DNA of 64,000 nt from Candidatus Merdousia gallistercoris (GCA_018713685.1 DVOK01000006.1:62545-126544), one strand, 5' to 3'. Positions 1-9,579 are shown, counted from the first letter of the stretch. Numbers and translations are program-made. The notes: generated from the sequence alone by a model not told the origin.

Positions 1-48
1 TTTTTTACTGCGGTAGGCGTTTTTGCTTTTACTTATTTATCCGGGGCG

Positions 49-1239
49 ATGAAGGCAGAAAACGCATATTGTAAGGCCCTGTTAGTCGCGGTTATTTATT
101 TTATATTGGTGTGTGCCATACAATATTTAAATCCTTTCTCTGAATATATCGAAGGCGAAAGATTTAGTATTGTTAAGTCATTGAGGTATATAACATGGCT
201 TCCTACATCTGTAATTGGCAGTTTTGGGGAGGGCAATTCCATGCGTTCGCTTGCAATATTACTTTCATCATTTTTGACTACAATTTCTGCTTGTATTTTA
301 TTTAGGAGTACAAGATTTGCATTTGCGGCTCTGGCATGGTTTGTTTTTAATGTATCGGCTATGGGATTGTGGGCGGTGTATCAGAAGTATGTCCAGATGC
401 CGGCGGTATATGGTTTCCTATACACTGATTCCGGATATTATGGTAGTTTTTTTCTTTCAAACGCGGCGGGCACGTTTTTAAATATGGGAATATCTGCGGC
501 TTTTGTATTGATGGTTGTATCGTGTAAGATAGACTCGAGGTTTAAGTTTTTTTATATACTTTTTAGCGTGATTTCTGCTGTGGCTTGCACTGTTGCTTCA
601 TTGTATTCGGAAAGCCGCGCCGCGCAGATTTTATGTTTTGCAATATGGGGAGTATTTGCAATATCTATTTATTATAAGGTAATTATGCATTTTGATACAA
701 CAGTTGTTGGAAAGACCGTTTTTTTTGTGACAACAGCTATTATTATTGTAGTTGTTGCGGCTGTTGCGATGGATTTCTATTATAGTAAGGGGAAATTTAG
801 AAAAGAAGTTTCGGATTCCTCTTTTGGGCGTGTAGAAATGTATAAGAAGATTTATCCACAAATATATGAGCATCCTATCTGGGGCAATGGAGGGGAATGT
901 TCCCGTTATGTATTGCCAAAGGTAGTGCTAAATTTCCCAAATGGTATAGACGGTATTCCACGTAAGCCCGATCGTCCGCATTCAGATATAATTGAATACA
1001 TTTTAGATTATGGGATAGTTGGGGGTATAATATTCGCTTATTGCGGTGTTGCGTTAGGATATGTAATTTTCAAATATAGGAGGCGGCTTGGAATCTGTAA
1101 TTTATATATTTTGGCCGGCGTTGGGGCATGTTTTTCTCACGGAGTTTTCGACATGGAAATGCATATACCTTCGGTAATGTTGATTTTTGGGCTCATGACA
1201 GTGTGGGCTTACAAGGATTTTAGGAGGATATGGCATTGA
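49..1239 (+). CDS. O-antigen ligase/polymerase-like (Wzy_C domain) polytopic membrane protein
   Basis: 396-aa ORF with many hydrophobic segments. 'RPHSDIIEYILDYGIVGGIIFAY' resembles the conserved His-containing motif of the WaaL/Wzy/PglL family. The frame stays open back to nt 1, so the true start may lie left of the window. Confidence 0.6.
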   Translation: MKAENAYCKALLVAVIYFILVCAIQYLNPFSEYIEGERFSIVKSLRYITWLPTSVIGSFGEGNSMRSLAILLSSFLTTISACILFRSTRFAFAALAWFVFNVSAMGLWAVYQKYVQMPAVYGFLYTDSGYYGSFFLSNAAGTFLNMGISAAFVLMVVSCKIDSRFKFFYILFSVISAVACTVASLYSESRAAQILCFAIWGVFAISIYYKVIMHFDTTVVGKTVFFVTTAIIIVVVAAVAMDFYYSKGKFRKEVSDSSFGRVEMYKKIYPQIYEHPIWGNGGECSRYVLPKVVLNFPNGIDGIPRKPDRPHSDIIEYILDYGIVGGIIFAYCGVALGYVIFKYRRRLGICNLYILAGVGACFSHGVFDMEMHIPSVMLIFGLMTVWAYKDFRRIWH

Positions 1240-2162
1240 AGTATCGGGTGATATTGGCGCTTGTTGCCATATCGGCAGTTGCAATAGGAATACTCGCCTA
1301 CTACGATGTCGATTTAAATCTAAAAGTTGCCCGCGCAATATATGCGAAAATGTCAGGGCAGGGTGTATCGTACGAGATTGCGGAAGATATTTTAGACAAA
1401 AAACTCACACAACTTCCCGATAGAGTCCGAGAGGCTCGCAAGCGCGGTAAGGCGGCGTACGATAATGAAGTATTAAGGGCATATTTTACGATAGTGTCGT
1501 CTAACAAGGTGGAAGCCGACGGAGTAATTTTAGAATTAATGGATATACTGATAGAAAATGGCGACGCAAAAATGCTTCTTGAATTTATGAAGATAGCGAA
1601 CCATTCGGAAGATTTGATGTTGAGGGTTTATCAATGTGCGGGAAACGAGGAATTGAGGAGGTATTTTACCCATAAATTGGGAATGGATTTATTTAAAAAT
1701 TCTGAATATAAGAAGATAGGCTATGCCATAATTAGGTTGAATATGGACATGGCCAAAAGAAGTATTTCGGATATTGAAAAGACATTTCTGTATAGTGGAC
1801 TCGATTTTGGAATGCTCTGGAATGTTGGGGCGAAGAACTATATACGCTATGCGTATCCTTTGATGGCATACGTATCAAAAAGCAAGGGATTAACTGATAA
1901 ATATGAGTATTTTAAATCTCAATCCATATCAGATGCCCAAATGGAGCGTATAAAAGGGTCATTTTTTGAGTATATACAATATGCGGTTAAAGTATTTGCC
2001 CGTTGTTCGGATCCGGAGACTGCGGTTTCATTATTGGAGCGGTTGCCTGACGGAAGCAGAAAAAACCTTACAATAAAACGTACAATCCGTTATATATTAA
2101 AAAGCCCTGGAGGGCGCGAAGCTATTGAAAAATCTAAAATAGGAAATCTTTTAAAAGAATAA
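1230..2162 (+). CDS. hypothetical membrane-anchored helical protein
   Basis: 310-aa ORF overlapping the upstream stop by 10 nt (translational coupling). It has a single N-terminal TM segment ('VILALVAISAVAIGILAYY') followed by a helix-rich soluble part. No family recognised. Confidence 0.45.
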   Translation: MALKYRVILALVAISAVAIGILAYYDVDLNLKVARAIYAKMSGQGVSYEIAEDILDKKLTQLPDRVREARKRGKAAYDNEVLRAYFTIVSSNKVEADGVILELMDILIENGDAKMLLEFMKIANHSEDLMLRVYQCAGNEELRRYFTHKLGMDLFKNSEYKKIGYAIIRLNMDMAKRSISDIEKTFLYSGLDFGMLWNVGAKNYIRYAYPLMAYVSKSKGLTDKYEYFKSQSISDAQMERIKGSFFEYIQYAVKVFARCSDPETAVSLLERLPDGSRKNLTIKRTIRYILKSPGGREAIEKSKIGNLLKE

Positions 2163-2231
2163 GAGCAAAGTTTTATTCGTCTGGTAAAGAAGTGCCGAAG
2201 TGATGCGGTATCCACAAAATTAGAATTAGCT

Positions 2232-2828
2232 TTATTTTTCTAACTTATTCCTATTTACGGGTGTTGAATCGATGCAAAGTAAAACTTTTATAAGGGTAAT
2301 AAAGAATATTTTTGCGTCGAGAGGGAGAGATATATTGTCAACGTATTCGAGGTCTTTTGATATTTTTTCCTCGACAGAAATTTCATTCCGTCCGGAGATT
2401 TGTGCCAACCCGCTTAATCCAGGCAATACGTCGTGGCGCCTAAACGACTTCTCGCTCAACGCCTTAATTTCGTCTTCCATAAACGGGCGCGGACCAATAA
2501 ACGACATATCTCCTTTTAGGACATTGTAGAATTGCGGAATTTCGTCGAGGCTTGTCTTGCGTAGAAAAGCCCCCAATTTTGTTATTCTCATCTCGTCTGG
2601 AAGCAGTTTTCCCGATGGATCTTTTTCAAATGACATTGTACGGAATTTATACAATGTAAAAATCTTTCCGTGGAGTCCCGCCCTTTTTTGGGAAATTATA
2701 ACGGGTGAACCCATAAAGATTTTTATTAGAATCCACACAAGCACAAAAAGCGGAAATGTCAGAATCATTAGGATAAGCGCCCCAATGATATCCAGCGGCC
2801 TCTTTATGAACTGTTTGTAGATTCTCAT
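2232..2828 (-). CDS. small monotopic phosphoglycosyl transferase (bacterial sugar transferase family, PglC/WbaP C-terminal-domain type)
   Basis: 198 aa. 'KRPLDIIGALILMILTFPLFVLVWILIK...SPVIISQKRAGLHGKIFTLYKFRTM' and 'DEIPQFYNVLKGDMSFIGPRP' are the hallmark motifs of the family. Confidence 0.85.
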   Translation of the reverse strand: MRIYKQFIKRPLDIIGALILMILTFPLFVLVWILIKIFMGSPVIISQKRAGLHGKIFTLYKFRTMSFEKDPSGKLLPDEMRITKLGAFLRKTSLDEIPQFYNVLKGDMSFIGPRPFMEDEIKALSEKSFRRHDVLPGLSGLAQISGRNEISVEEKISKDLEYVDNISLPLDAKIFFITLIKVLLCIDSTPVNRNKLEK

Positions 2829-2909
2829 CTATTTTAGGTTTTATTTAGCCGCTTTAGCATCACGAAAAGCGAATAAATAATAAGAAAGATATGTTGTGTC
2901 TATTGTCAG

Positions 2910-4211
2910 TCAAGAAATTTTAGGATTCTTGGCGTGTTCGGCTGTGGCTGGAGTTTCTTTTGAGCGCTCAAACGCAATTCTTGCAAATTCCACGCCTGCG
3001 AATATCCACACAATCGGCATCATCGGGAAGTGGTATCTGTCTGTCACCATAAACGGGTATGTAAAAGCCAATACAAGGAATGGGATTACCATTATTATAT
3101 TTTGCGGCGATAAGATTTTTTTATAATTCTTAAAAAAATATAACGCGAATAACAGCATGGCGGCGTAATAAACAAGGCTCTTTAAAAATAGCAAGATGCA
3201 ATACTTTAATGCGAATACTTTATCGGATTCAATTCTCTCTCTGACGGCAGATAGGCCCGAACCTTTTTCAAAGCGTTCGCTCCAAGTATCAAAACCGAGA
3301 AGCAAAGCGGATTTTAAGGGAATTTGTGAAATGTATTTTGCGGGATTTTGGAAAATCCATTCTTTTGCTGTTTTTCTAAGATGGGCGTCCTTTTGGGCAA
3401 AATTCATAGTCTCATAGTTCGCAGGGGTTCTGGAGATGTAAAAGTCGTCTTTTGCGAATTCAAAGCCGACGGCTCCGTTTGCATATTTGTTTGCGCTGCC
3501 GGCAAGGTTTAGTCCGGAGGTTGCAGACTGGAACACAAATATTCCGCAATTAGCTTTTGTCCAGAATCCGATTGCAGCTATGGTTAATAATGTGGAGGCA
3601 AGAAATGCTGCGATTCGGGCTTTTGCATATTCTTTTTTAGATATTGCAAATAGTATTATTCCCAGAAAGTACGCGAGCGCAAGCGGGCGTATCCAATTCC
3701 CGACTGCGATTAGCACTCCGGCAAGTATATAGTTAGCCCACTTAGTGCGTGGTAATAATGCGGAAGCGAGCGCAAGCGTAACGAAAAACACGAAAGGAAT
3801 TTCAGAGAAATATCCTATGGGAGAGAACCAGTTGCTGTATGTTGCCGAATATATTATCGCAGTTCCGCATGCGGCGCAGCTTCCGAAAAACCTTTTTGCG
3901 ATTGAGCATATCGCGGCAAGTATGGCTGCTGCCATTATAAAGTTTACGAAGCCAAAACCTGAAAAAGTCCCGAAGATTCTATGGTATAGCAATAAGAAAT
4001 TTATATATCCCGGAGCAAAGAAGGTGCCGTTTATTAGATTATGCTCCGACGGAAACCATTCTCCTTTTGAATCCGATTCCAATGCATAGTTTAAATAGGT
4101 TTGTTGGTCGTCTGACGGGAAGAATCCGGACGTGGCGAAAATTAGCGCAAGTTGCAGTGCAAATAGCGACGCCACTACCGCGATTGTTATTTTTTTTAAA
4201 TTTTTTGACAT
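2910..4211 (-). CDS. GT-C fold membrane glycosyltransferase (ArnT/PMT/arabinofuranosyltransferase-like)
   Basis: 433 aa with about 10-12 TM segments. An acidic 'SDD' motif sits in the first loop after TM1, as in GT-C enzymes. The start codon lies 1 nt downstream of the stop of the HAD::UbiA gene. Confidence 0.6.
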   Translation of the reverse strand: MSKNLKKITIAVVASLFALQLALIFATSGFFPSDDQQTYLNYALESDSKGEWFPSEHNLINGTFFAPGYINFLLLYHRIFGTFSGFGFVNFIMAAAILAAICSIAKRFFGSCAACGTAIIYSATYSNWFSPIGYFSEIPFVFFVTLALASALLPRTKWANYILAGVLIAVGNWIRPLALAYFLGIILFAISKKEYAKARIAAFLASTLLTIAAIGFWTKANCGIFVFQSATSGLNLAGSANKYANGAVGFEFAKDDFYISRTPANYETMNFAQKDAHLRKTAKEWIFQNPAKYISQIPLKSALLLGFDTWSERFEKGSGLSAVRERIESDKVFALKYCILLFLKSLVYYAAMLLFALYFFKNYKKILSPQNIIMVIPFLVLAFTYPFMVTDRYHFPMMPIVWIFAGVEFARIAFERSKETPATAEHAKNPKIS

Positions 4212-4212
4212 C

Positions 4213-5631
4213 TTAAAAAGGTTTTGCCAGCGCGAATACTATCGCAAACAATGCCATCAATATGTAGTTTGATTTATTACGAAAAGAATATACGATAGGG
4301 TCGGAATCAACAAGCCCGCGGCTTGCGTCTTTCCATATTTTATAGAGAAAAAATCCGATGGGAAATATTCCTAACAATAGCACATCTGGATACTCATAGT
4401 ATATTTTCGCACTCCTTTGAGTATAAGCCGCGAATACTAAGAGCGACAATGCGCACGAAGTTATTCCGGCAAGCTTTACGCACTTTAAATGATTCTGCGC
4501 ATATCCCCTTGTCTTTGCGGTGTCCGTGCTTTCAGATAATTCAATGTATCTTTTTAATAATGCCAGCCCGAAGAATATGAAAATGGAAAATAGCGAAAGC
4601 CAATACGATATTTTGCAGTCGATTACGACGCATCCTCCAAAGATTCTCATATAGTAAAGCCCTGCCAAAACCGCAACATCTACAAATGGAATCCGCTTAA
4701 ATGTGAAAGAGTATCCCATAGTGATAACGGCATATGCCAATACGATTATAGCGAAGTCGTAAGCAAGGGTCGCGCACAAGCATATTGAGGCGGCCGCAAA
4801 TCCCGCGATGAGGCCAAATCCGTAATATATTGGCAGCGCGCCCGACGCAAAAGGTCTGCTTCGTTTGGTTGGATGCGCTCTGTCTGACTCGATATCGAGA
4901 AGGTCGTTTAGAATATAGAGTGCCGAGGCGCAGAAACAGAAGGCCAAAAATGCCACTATTGAATTTCTTACGTCGCCCCAAATAAAGTACCGATGGCTTG
5001 AAATGAGAGCCACAAATATGAGGATATTTTTTACCCATTGGTAGATTCGTGCGGCTTTAATGGAGTTTTTTAAAGAAATTTCCGCTCCGCTTCCTATGGC
5101 GACTACTTTTTTGCCGAGTTTGTCCTGTATTTTTTTGGCGAAATTTTTTGTGCCAACAATTATTGGAGTGGAGGATTTTTCCCAAACTGGGAAATCGGCG
5201 AGCGAATCGCCTATGTAGTCAAAATTTCCAACTCCAAAAGTGGATTCGCAAAATGCCGCTTTTTTTTCCCCCCTGAGGTTTATGCTTTCAGACGAGCCGT
5301 AGACTCCGTCGAAAAGTTCGGTTTTTTCGGCTATTGATTTTGCGAGGTGTTCGTTGCACGCCGTCACGAGCCATATTTTGTCTCCGGACTTTTTCCGTTT
5401 TACAATATATGAAATTACATCGCTATTAAATGGCAGGTTTTTTATGAATTTTCCGAATTTTTCCGAAAGCCTCTGCTTTAGAAGGCATTTCCCTTTCATC
5501 AGGAGAATAGGTATTAAAAGAATGTAAAACGGGTTATGCCGAAGCGCCCTGAGTATGAGCTCCCACAGGGAATCCGAGCGTATGAGAGTCCCGTCGAGAT
5601 CGACACATAAATTTCCGGCGTTTTTTGGCAT
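4213..5631 (-). CDS. HAD-phosphatase domain fused to a UbiA-family polyprenyl-phosphate phosphoribosyltransferase-like domain
   Basis: The N-terminus carries HAD motif I 'VDLDGT' and motif IV-like 'GDSLAD'. The C-terminal polytopic half carries 'LNDLLDIESDRAHPTKRSRPFASG' (NDxxDxxxD Asp-rich motif), typical of the UbiA superfamily and DPPR-synthase-like. Confidence 0.75.
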   Translation of the reverse strand: MPKNAGNLCVDLDGTLIRSDSLWELILRALRHNPFYILLIPILLMKGKCLLKQRLSEKFGKFIKNLPFNSDVISYIVKRKKSGDKIWLVTACNEHLAKSIAEKTELFDGVYGSSESINLRGEKKAAFCESTFGVGNFDYIGDSLADFPVWEKSSTPIIVGTKNFAKKIQDKLGKKVVAIGSGAEISLKNSIKAARIYQWVKNILIFVALISSHRYFIWGDVRNSIVAFLAFCFCASALYILNDLLDIESDRAHPTKRSRPFASGALPIYYGFGLIAGFAAASICLCATLAYDFAIIVLAYAVITMGYSFTFKRIPFVDVAVLAGLYYMRIFGGCVVIDCKISYWLSLFSIFIFFGLALLKRYIELSESTDTAKTRGYAQNHLKCVKLAGITSCALSLLVFAAYTQRSAKIYYEYPDVLLLGIFPIGFFLYKIWKDASRGLVDSDPIVYSFRNKSNYILMALFAIVFALAKPF

Positions 5632-5914
5632 TTTTAGGAAAATGAAATAGATTATGCGGAAATTGGCAAACCAAAATACTTCTCACGCAATGACGGCAAC
5701 CATATTGTTTTACCGGAATTAAAAAGTGTTTAGGTTATTGAAAATAGCGAGATTACTGTGGATATGCCCATTCATTAATGGCAGGTAATTCTTTGCGGTG
5801 CAGTTATCTTAACTTCTAAGCTAATATGTAGGTAAAAATTTATTTTAACTTAAAGGCGACTTGACTTTTACGATGACGGTAATAAATAAGGCTTTTTTAT
5901 ATTGGAGAATTGCA

Positions 5915-6058
5915 ATGAAAGAGAACGAAACTAAAAAAGAGAGCCGCGAATGCGGCAAGGGCGAAGTTATCCGCCGCGGGGCGAATATACAAAAATATGT
6001 GGATAATTACGACAGGATTTTCCGCAAGGGCGCGCATCGCTCAAGCAAGGGCAAATAG
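5915..6058 (+). CDS. small basic hypothetical protein (47 aa)
   Basis: The ATG is preceded by GGAG 7 nt upstream. Two hairpins follow, the second (about 6090-6117) running into a T-run. It is the only plus-strand ORF in the 480-bp gap of a minus-strand cluster. No homology recognised. Confidence 0.3.
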   Translation: MKENETKKESRECGKGEVIRRGANIQKYVDNYDRIFRKGAHRSSKGK

Positions 6059-6113
6059 GGTTTCCCAATCCTAAGTTTGATTGGGAAATAGGGCGCAGAG
6101 GATATTCTTGCGC

Positions 6114-7124
6114 CTATTGTTTTTTTAGTCCGAATCTTATTGGTCTCCAAATAATAAAGCGCGACATTCTTAAAATCCTAACTAAACCGCGCACGATTTC
6201 CCCAAGCCCTGCGATTGAATATATCTTTGACATTACACCTGCGCTTTCATCTTTAGTGAGGGATTTTAGAAAAGTTCTTTTCTGGCTTTCATTTGCTCCA
6301 GCGAATCTTATATGCCGCGCGAGCCATTCCGCATATGAGATAAAGTAAGCCGCTCTATGCCAGAATGTTCCATTTGCGAGAATGCCTTTGAATAGAAGGT
6401 TGCGGTTTACAATTTCCGTTCTCAGTGGACCGTTTGAGGCATTGCGGGAATCTTGATTGGGGTGGATTCGGTAAAAATACAGGTTTTTGTCAGCGAGTAT
6501 AACAGTTTTTCCGCCGCGGGAAGTGTCTATCATGACGGGGGTGTCTCCGATTTTCCCGTAGATATTGGGGCGGTTAAACTTGCGCAGATCCTCCGTGCGG
6601 TATATGGCTGAGGAGTATGAAGCTCTACCGTCGCAGAATATGTATGCGGCAAACTCTTCTTGATTGTTGAATACGAGTGCCTTCTTTTCGGTGTGATTAA
6701 ATTGTGCCGGCGAATTGGGGGGAAGTTTTATGCAAGTGTAGTCCGAGGCAAGTAGCGCGACATTCCCGAAAATGTTTATGGCTTCTATCGCGTACTCCAA
6801 ATAGTTCGGGTTGGCGATATCGTCGTCGTGCATAAACATTGTGTATTTGCGGGAAGCGCCGTCGAGAGCCGCGTGGAAGTTCGCGTCTGCGCCTATATTT
6901 TCTGTATGGCGCACATATTTTAGGTTTTCACCAAAAGATTTTTTTGCCGCTTCGACGACTTCGGGAGTGGCGTCTGAGCTTGCGTTGTCGTAAACCGACA
7001 CGAGAAACCCGGAGGCTGTTTGCCCGGAAAGGCTTTCCAAAGTCTGTTTTAGAAGGGCGCACCTGTTAAAGGTTAGCACGCAAACTTCCACATCTTTTGC
7101 GGATATTTTTTCAGGAAGATTCAT
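6114..7124 (-). CDS. family 2 glycosyltransferase
   Basis: 'VEVCVLTFNRCALLKQTLESLSGQT...VSVYDNASSD...MFMHDDD' matches the GT2 Rossmann-like N-terminal domain with a DxD motif. Confidence 0.8.
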   Translation of the reverse strand: MNLPEKISAKDVEVCVLTFNRCALLKQTLESLSGQTASGFLVSVYDNASSDATPEVVEAAKKSFGENLKYVRHTENIGADANFHAALDGASRKYTMFMHDDDIANPNYLEYAIEAINIFGNVALLASDYTCIKLPPNSPAQFNHTEKKALVFNNQEEFAAYIFCDGRASYSSAIYRTEDLRKFNRPNIYGKIGDTPVMIDTSRGGKTVILADKNLYFYRIHPNQDSRNASNGPLRTEIVNRNLLFKGILANGTFWHRAAYFISYAEWLARHIRFAGANESQKRTFLKSLTKDESAGVMSKIYSIAGLGEIVRGLVRILRMSRFIIWRPIRFGLKKQ

Positions 7125-7131
7125 TCTATGG

Positions 7132-8379
7132 CTATGGAGTCTTTTTTATTCCGGGCAATTTTAGTCTTTTTTTGACAGAGTTGGAGATTTTATTGATTAT
7201 CCTGCGCAGGGACAGTTCAACCTTTCCGCACATTTTGACGTCGGTTAGCATATCGGCGTTCATACATTCCCCGCTTTTTAGCGCGATGCCGTGCGATTCT
7301 ATAAAATTCTTGTAGTTCTCGAAAAGGGCGGGGTAGGCTGCGTTCATTGCGTCGATATCGCATGCCTCATACGCTTTTTTTAGGTGGGAGGGAAATTCTG
7401 CGGGTGTTATTGGATTTTCGTAGTTGCGAAGGTCTGCGAGTGCATGGGGGATTTTTAGAAATTTGCACATTTCTGTCGCGCGGGAGTCCGCATTAGTGCA
7501 AAGCGCAGGCAATCCCGCGTTTATTGCGGCGATTGAACCGTGCAAGCGCGGGCCGAGCGCAAAGTTGAACCGGCGCAAAAATGCCTTCCATTTTTCGGGA
7601 TTCAAGAATATTCCCAAGTCGCCACGCAAGGCTCTTTTGTAGTCGCACTTGCGGTATCTTTTGGGAATGATACCAAACACCGAAAGATTTATGATGTCTC
7701 TTTCCATGAGATCCTGCATTACCGCCGGAAGATTTTCTGCTGTCGAGGCGAGCGGGCTTGTGAGTACCGGTTTTATGTTTTGAAAATCGGGTTTTTTTAC
7801 GACCCTATTCGGTCCGGTTTCAAAAAACGACGGGCAACCTATTATCTGGGTGTTGCGGATTCCAAGCTTATTGAGAACTTCCGAGGTAAATTCTCCGCGG
7901 ATTCCGATATTTGGGCATAAGTCGGAAAGCTCTCCGAGAAATCTCACAAGCCGGGGATTTAGCATCTTATGGAAGTCTGTATCAAAGCCGGAAAAAGAGT
8001 TTGCGCCAAGCCCCGCAACTACGACGGGCTTTCCGCATTTTTTTAGCAGTGAGATTATGCCTTCGTAGGGCAGCTTCAAATTGTACGATTCTTCAATCCG
8101 TATTTGGTCCTGCAAAATTAGGAAGACGTGCGTGCACTCGCCTTTTACCTTTTCGGCATCGCGGTCGGCGTTTTTAAAATCGTATTCATATATATTTGGA
8201 ATGTGCGATATCCCGGATAAATCTCCAAGCGTACTTTTTATTAAAGAATAAGTTATGTAAGAGTTTCCCGTATTGCCCGCCGCGTCGCGCAACAATTCGT
8301 CAGCGTCTGTGCATCGAATATTCCCGATGGACAGGTTGCTGTTGACAAAAAATGGCTTAAAGTTGCGGAGTGCCGGCAT
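7132..8379 (-). CDS. polysaccharide pyruvyl transferase family protein (WcaK/CsaB-like)
   Basis: 415 aa. 'GPRLHGSIAAINAGLPALCTNADSRATEMCKFLKIP' resembles the conserved C-terminal R-x-H motif of the PS_pyruv_trans family. It sits between two GT2 genes. Confidence 0.55.
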   Translation of the reverse strand: MPALRNFKPFFVNSNLSIGNIRCTDADELLRDAAGNTGNSYITYSLIKSTLGDLSGISHIPNIYEYDFKNADRDAEKVKGECTHVFLILQDQIRIEESYNLKLPYEGIISLLKKCGKPVVVAGLGANSFSGFDTDFHKMLNPRLVRFLGELSDLCPNIGIRGEFTSEVLNKLGIRNTQIIGCPSFFETGPNRVVKKPDFQNIKPVLTSPLASTAENLPAVMQDLMERDIINLSVFGIIPKRYRKCDYKRALRGDLGIFLNPEKWKAFLRRFNFALGPRLHGSIAAINAGLPALCTNADSRATEMCKFLKIPHALADLRNYENPITPAEFPSHLKKAYEACDIDAMNAAYPALFENYKNFIESHGIALKSGECMNADMLTDVKMCGKVELSLRRIINKISNSVKKRLKLPGIKKTP

Positions 8380-8419
8380 TATCGTATGGGCTAAGCGCGT
8401 TTGGGAGAAAACGGCGCGC

Positions 8420-9565
8420 CTATAACGATAGCATCTTTCGCCTTCTCCATTTACGCTTTACTTCTTTGAAGGTTACGATAATCCAGAGGCGGCGCAACAA
8501 TAAATATAACAATTCCCAAAAACCCACTTGTTTTGGAGAATTTGGGAATAGGACTGAGTTTGAGTATATTTCCCTAAATTCGCGTATGCCAAAATTAAAT
8601 TCGCCGGATATTGATTTTCGGGCGTTGTCGTCCTGCATAAGGTCGTGCATATGGGTGTATCCGTTGGCGGCGCACGATTTGTTTGGGGATTTCAGACAGT
8701 GGTGGGCTATTATGAATTTAAATATTTCCGGACGTTTTTCTTCGGCGTTGAGTTTTTCCGCGAAAGGGGATTCGGGGCAGATTGCCTTTATCAGCTTTAC
8801 ACTTCTTATGCGGTAGAAAATATCGTAATACTTCAACGCCTCAAAATAATATCTCCTCGCCGAGAGCGATTCATTTTTTACGGCGGAGGTCTGTTTTCCG
8901 TGGATTCTGTAATTGACAACAAGCTCGGGAATCAGGTCGATTTTTGCCCCGTCTATAATAAGGTTTGCCCACAGAGAGACGTCGAGCAGCATAATCATAG
9001 ACTTGTCTATCTCCGCCTTCCTTAGGACGTCTGTTTTTGCTATGGAACACGGGTACGGGAGGAAGCTAATGCTATCGAACAATAAGTGTAAAGAATCCTC
9101 CGGCGCTTTTCCAAATTCAAAGTGCGGACGGCGCAAAGACCATCTTGTCCCCAAGCTGTCGCCTTTTGCGTCGACATATTCCATATCTCCAAAAGCGACG
9201 TCGGTTTCGGGGTGTTTTAGCATGTAGCCCACAAGTTTTTCGAGGCAGTCCGGGCGCATCAAATCGTCCGCGCAAAAAAGTTTTGCGAATTTTCCGGAAG
9301 CCGCCTTTAAAAATTCGAGAATCAGCATGCCGGAGCCCGCCCCCAGATTGGACGGCATATCTATGTGGACAATGCGCGGGTCGTCGAACGAATGGGCAAT
9401 GCGGCGGCAATCGTCGGTTGTCGCGTGGTTTAGAAGCACCAGTTCAAAGTCTTTAAAGGTCTGGGCGAGTATGGATTCTATGCATTGAGGCAGAAAATTT
9501 CTGTCGTTGTAATACGGCACAAACACCGATACTGTCGGAGGTTTTTTCATATAATGGTTATACAA
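8420..9565 (-). CDS. family 2 glycosyltransferase
   Basis: 'VSVFVPYYNDRNFLPQCIESILAQTFKDFELVLLNHATTDD...FCADDL' is a canonical GT2 N-terminal domain. Confidence 0.8.
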   Translation of the reverse strand: MYNHYMKKPPTVSVFVPYYNDRNFLPQCIESILAQTFKDFELVLLNHATTDDCRRIAHSFDDPRIVHIDMPSNLGAGSGMLILEFLKAASGKFAKLFCADDLMRPDCLEKLVGYMLKHPETDVAFGDMEYVDAKGDSLGTRWSLRRPHFEFGKAPEDSLHLLFDSISFLPYPCSIAKTDVLRKAEIDKSMIMLLDVSLWANLIIDGAKIDLIPELVVNYRIHGKQTSAVKNESLSARRYYFEALKYYDIFYRIRSVKLIKAICPESPFAEKLNAEEKRPEIFKFIIAHHCLKSPNKSCAANGYTHMHDLMQDDNARKSISGEFNFGIREFREIYSNSVLFPNSPKQVGFWELLYLLLRRLWIIVTFKEVKRKWRRRKMLSL

Positions 9566-9579
9566 CGGATTTGCCGCTG

